From Cetorhinus maximus (Eukaryota), in assembly GCF_964194155.1 (NCBI RefSeq), contig NC_135894.1, forward strand, positions 29,078,001-29,142,000: 64,000 nucleotides of DNA, written 5' to 3'. The position numbers were made by a program, and so were the translations under genes. Positions 59,299 to 64,000 of the stretch are shown piece after piece. The notes beneath the pieces were generated by a model. That model was not told the origin of the DNA and ran no database searches. It saw only the letters and a program-made list of their open reading frames with translations. Position 1 is the first letter of the stretch, and each line of letters opens with the position of its first letter.

Positions 59299-60149
59299 AC
59301 TATCAAGCCCATATATTTCTCCAGGACCCATTCTTCTTATAGGAATCAGTACCAGGGAATAATCTGCCATGTTTGCTGATGGTGTTTCAGTTTGCTTGAT
59401 CCTCAGTGGCTCTCCAATGTGTGATCAGGAACAGGTCCCTGTCTCATTCTAATCTGGGAATGCTGGGGATAACTGTGACTATCGGAATTAGATTGGCTTG
59501 GAAAACGTTTTGAAGCTATCACCAGTTGGGAAACTGTTTAAGAAAATGGATTAAGAAAATAGAGGGGCCATGTAGATCACACACTCCCTCTTATCCTCAT
59601 TACACCACGTGGGGTTTTTGAATTTAATAAGTCAGCCTTTTTATTGTTCATGCAGGTAGTGTCCCACCTGGTGATAGCTGTGTTATTTAGAGATGTCAAG
59701 GAGTTTACTGCATTCTCTCAAAAATCACACTTCCCAGAAAATATTCATTTTAAGGTCTACTAACAGGTCTAATGAACAAACATAGCGAATGAGATTCTTC
59801 ATGAACTAATTCTGTGGAAGGACAGTTTACAACACACCTGACTTTTCTTTTATGGTCTGAACTCATATTCTAAAACTATTGAGAAGCCAGGAGAAGTTTA
59901 ATTATTCCGTGCCAGTTTATCCTATAATCTGTAATCCATTGTGTATTACATTTTACTGCAAACCAACAGTGATGTGTAATGTTTCATAGACTCATACAGT
60001 ATATATTCAGGCTGTTTCACCCACTGTGCCTATGCTAGCTCTCTGAAAGTATTGTTCACTTGGTGCCACTCCGTTGCCCTTTTCCAATGGTCCTGTTATC
60101 TTCACCTTTTCAACTCTTTATCAAATTGCCTTTTGAAATTTATTGTTAC

Positions 60150-62350
60150 ATACGAACATACGAAATAGGAGCAGGAGTAGCCATTCAGCCCCTCGATCCT
60201 GCCCCGCCATTTAAGATCATGCCTGATCTGTCTGTGTTTCGAGTTCCACATTCCCATCTACCCCAATGACCATTGATTCCCTTGCCTAACAAGAATCTAT
60301 CTACCTCTGCCTTAAAAATACTCAGTGACCCTGCCTCCACCCCCTTCTGAGGTAGAAATCGCACAACCCTCAGAGAGAAAAAAATTCTCCTCATCTCTGT
60401 TCATCTCTGCATGTGTTTATGAAAGGGAAATCATGCTTGACAAATCTACTGGAATTTTTCGAGGATGTAACTAGTAGAGTTGATGAGGGGGAGCCAGTGA
60501 ACCTGGTTTATTTGGACTTTCAGAAGGCTTTCGACAAAGTCCCACGTAAGAGATTGGCGTGTAAAATTAAAGCTCATGGGATTGGGGGTAGTGTATTGAG
60601 ATGGATAGAAAACTGGTTGGCAGACAGGAAACAAAGAGTAGGAATATACGGGTCTTTTTCCGAATGGCAGGCAGTGACTAGTGGGGTACCGCAGGGATCG
60701 GTGCTGGGACCCCAGTTATTCACAACATATATTAATGATTTAGATGAGGGAACTCCAAATTTGTAGGTGACACAAAGCTGGGTGGGAGGGTGAGCTGTGA
60801 GGAGGATGCAGAGATGATTCAGTGTGATTTGGACAAGCTGAGTGAGTGGGCAAATGCATGGCAGATGCAGTATAATGTGGATAAATGTGAGGTTATCCAA
60901 TTTGGTAGCAAAAACAGGAAGGCAGATTATTATCTGAATGGCTATCAATTGAAAGAGGGGAATGTGCAACGAGACCTGGGTGTCCTTGTACACCAGTTGC
61001 TGAAGGTAAGTATGCAGGTGCAGCAGGCGGTAAAGAAGGCAAATGGTATGTTGGCCTTCATAGCGAGAGGATTCGAGTACAAGAGCAGGGATGTCTTGCT
61101 GCAATTGTACAGGGGCTTGGTGAGACCACACTTGGAATATTGTGTGCAGTTTTGGTCTCCTTATCTGAGGAAGGATGTTCTTGCTATAGAGGGAGTGCAG
61201 CGAAGGTTTACCAAACTGATTCATGGGATGGCAGAACTGACATATGAGGAGAGATTGAGTCGGTTAGGATTATATTCGCTGGAATTCAGAAGAATGAGGG
61301 GGGATCTCATAGAAACATATAAAATTCTAACAGGACTAGACAGGGTAGATGCAGGAAGGATGTTCCCAATGGTAGGGGAATCCAGAACCAGGGGTCCCAG
61401 TCTGAGGATACAGGGTACAGACTGAGATAAGGAGAAATTTCTTCACCCAGAGAGTGGTGAGCCTGTGGAATTCGTAACCACAGAAAGTAGTTGAGGCCAA
61501 AACATTGTATGTTTTCAAGAAGGAGTTAGATATAGTTCTTGGGGCGAAAGGGATCAAAGGATATGGGGAGAAAGCAGGAACAGGCCATTGAGTTGGATGA
61601 TCAGCCATGATCATAATGAATGGCAGAGCAGGCTCGAAGGGCCGAATGGCCTACTCCTACTCCTATTTTCTATGTTTCTATGTTTCTATGTTCTAAAGGG
61701 CGACCCCTAATTTTAAAACAGTGCCCCCTAGTTCTGGACTCACCCACAAGAGGAAACATCCTTTCCACGTCCACCTTGTCAAGACCATTCAGGATTTTTT
61801 CTGCTTCAATCAAATCACCCCTCACTCTCCTAAACTCCAGTGGAAACAAGCCCAGCCTGTCCAACCTTTCCTCATTAGAGAACCCGCTCATTCCAGGTAT
61901 CAATCTCGTAAACCTCCTCTGAACCACCGCCAACGTATTTACATCCTTCCTTAAGGAGACTAAAACTGTCCACAGTATTCGAGGTGTGGTCTCACCAATG
62001 TCCTGTATAACTGAAACATAACATCCTTACTTTTATGCTCAACCCCTCTTGTAATAAAGGATAGCATTCCATTAGCCTTCTTAATTACTTGCTGTACCTG
62101 CATACTAACTTTTTGTGCCTCATGCACTAGAACACCTAGATCCCTCTGCACTCAGAATTCTGCAGTCGTTGTCCATTTAAGTAATACTCTGCTTTTTTAT
62201 TCTTCCTGCCAAAGTGAACTTCACATTTTCCCACATTATGCTCCATCTGCCAGATTTTTGCCTACTCAGTCAACCTATCTGTGTCTGTCTGCAATCTCCT
62301 CATGTCTTCTTCACAACATACTTTCCTACCTATCTTTGTGTCATCTGCAG
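60150..62350 (-). mobile_element. CR1 LINE 3' part hosting the nested CR1
   Basis: QRDLGVLVHE...RPHLEYC, RRFTRLIPG...SRTRGHCFKI; text ctcatctctgtt resumes as ctaaagggcgacccc after the insert. Confidence 0.88.
60413..61692 (+). mobile_element. Young 5'-truncated CR1 LINE nested in an opposite-strand CR1
   Basis: 117-aa and 211-aa RT frames; (tttctatg)n tail at 61667-61692. Confidence 0.93.
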
Positions 62351-63269
62351 ATTTATCTGCAAATTATTGAAGATTAATCGTTCCATTGAAAACCCTTCAT
62401 GAATTTGAATGTCTCTGTTAAATCCTCTCTTAACCTTCTCTGCTGTAAAGGGAACAGTCCCAGCTTCTCCGGTCTCTGCACATTAACTGAACTCCCTCAT
62501 CCCTGGCATCATTCTGGGAAATCTCCTCTGCACTCTCTCTAACGCTATGACATCCTCCCCAAAGTGTGGTGCTCAGAGCTGGACACAGCACTCCAGCTGA
62601 GATTTATAAAGGTTTAGCAATAACCTGCATTTGTACTTCATGCCTCTATTTATAATGCATCTCCTATGCTTTGATCATAGTGATTTGGTGCTTTCTAACA
62701 ATAAGGATGCTCTCTAAAAGCTTTGATAAAGTATTCTGTGTAGGTGTGCGGCAATGCTCCTGGTGTCTCAGGGAATACAGTAGCCCAGAGGCCAGTGGGG
62801 CTATAATGTCATCTAGTGATGGCACCTTGCAACTGCAGTGTTACCAAGGTAAATATACCTCGGGTATGGTAGCATAATGGTTACATTATTGGATTTATAA
62901 TCCAGAAGACTGGATTGACAATCTGGAGATCAACATGGCTTCAAAATCTATCACTGCAGCTAAGAAATTCAAACTAAAATTAAAAGCTAGTCTCAGGCAT
63001 GGTGACCGTGAAACTACCATAGAAAAACCCATCTGATTCACTGATGTCCTTTCGGGAGGGAAATCTGCCATCCTTATCTGGTCTGGCCTACATGTGACTC
63101 CAGACCCACAGCAATGAGGTTTGATTTTTAACTGCCCTCTGAAATGGCCCAGCTAGCCACTCAGCTGTATGCAAGATGGTGGCTCCCCGCCATCTTCTCC
63201 AGGGTAGTTAGGGATGGTCAATAAATGCTGGCCTTTCCTGTCACCCCCACACACAATGAATGAATCAAG

Positions 63270-63610
63270 AAATCTCTCCATAGCCTCACCCCTCCCTATC
63301 TCTAACCTCCTCCAGCTCTACAATCCCAATTGAGTTATCTGTGCTGCTATAATTCTGGCCTCTTGAGCATACCCGATTTTAATCGTTTCCCCCATTGGCG
63401 GCTGTCTCTATAGCTGACTCGGCGCTAGTCACAGGAATTCCCTCCCTAAACCTCTCTGCCTCTTTCCCCCATTTAAGACACACTTTAAAAACTTTGACCA
63501 CATGTTTGGCCATCTGCCTATTGCTTCTTGTGTCTCACACCATGTTTTGTTGGTTAATCGTTCCTTTGAAGCACATTGGCACATGTTACAATATTAAAGG
63601 CGCTATACTA
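63270..63610 (+). mobile_element. L2-clade LINE 3' fragment
   Basis: cctccctatctctaacctcctccagc...ggaattccctccctaaacctctc...attaaaggcgctata. Confidence 0.65.
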
Positions 63611-64000
63611 GATATGGAGACCCCCATTATGGAGGCATTTTTATTGTTGGCAAAAAAAGGGATGGCATTGTCATAAAAATAATGACAATTGAAATTAAAG
63701 TTTGGGGACAGGAAATGCACACATGTAGAAATGTTTTAAATAGAATACGGTCAACCTCCAGCACCATTACCCATGATGCTGTGTGACACAGGAGGAAAAT
63801 GGCGGAGAGCAAAGTCACTCTACAACAGCAGCCAATGGCCACAACCTGTAATGCAGCTGTCACCACACATCACAGGGTCACCTAACCCGGGAATATTCTA
63901 TTTAAAAGGAGGCTAATCCACCAAAATTACAGGTAAAATAGTGCTACATGACAATGTTTAAGACATGGAAGCATTTCATTGTCCCATATGCGTCATGTAA

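Noticed and set aside
63627-63866. Possible first PPEF exon or neighbouring gene such as RS1
   Set aside because: The ATGGGT near 63770 hits a stop after 7 codons, no suitable phase-1 donor, no recognisable similarity
63895-63925. CRX/OTX-type TAATCC site and TATA-like sequence
   Set aside because: A single hexamer is expected by chance and no transcription start evidence is available

Overview
This is eukaryotic genomic DNA, most likely from a cartilaginous fish (shark), judged from its repeat families (CR1, DeuSINE, Penelope-like, Gypsy). The only host gene I can see is a minus-strand PPEF-family (rdgC-like) Ser/Thr phosphatase with IQ motif and EF-hands, most similar to PPEF1. I traced 14 phase-compatible GT-AG coding exons between 931 and 51480 (1998 nt spliced, all PPP catalytic motifs intact). 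The first coding exon was not found and the last lies left of the window. The introns are filled with transposable elements: a full-length but decayed Gypsy element, a truncated SCAN-gag Gypsy element, several solo LTRs, a Penelope-like element and many short tails carrying hammerhead-ribozyme motifs, CR1/L2/RTE/Tx1 LINE fragments, SINEs, MITEs with 3-bp target duplications, and four minisatellite arrays. I found no CRISPR array, RNA gene or convincing new multi-gene system. The best leads are the hammerhead-bearing micro-insertions, two Tx1 copies stacked at one TATA-like target, a 144-aa insert in the phosphatase domain, and a PBS-like copy inside a 3' LTR. Coordinates were counted by hand and family names come from recall, not database searches.
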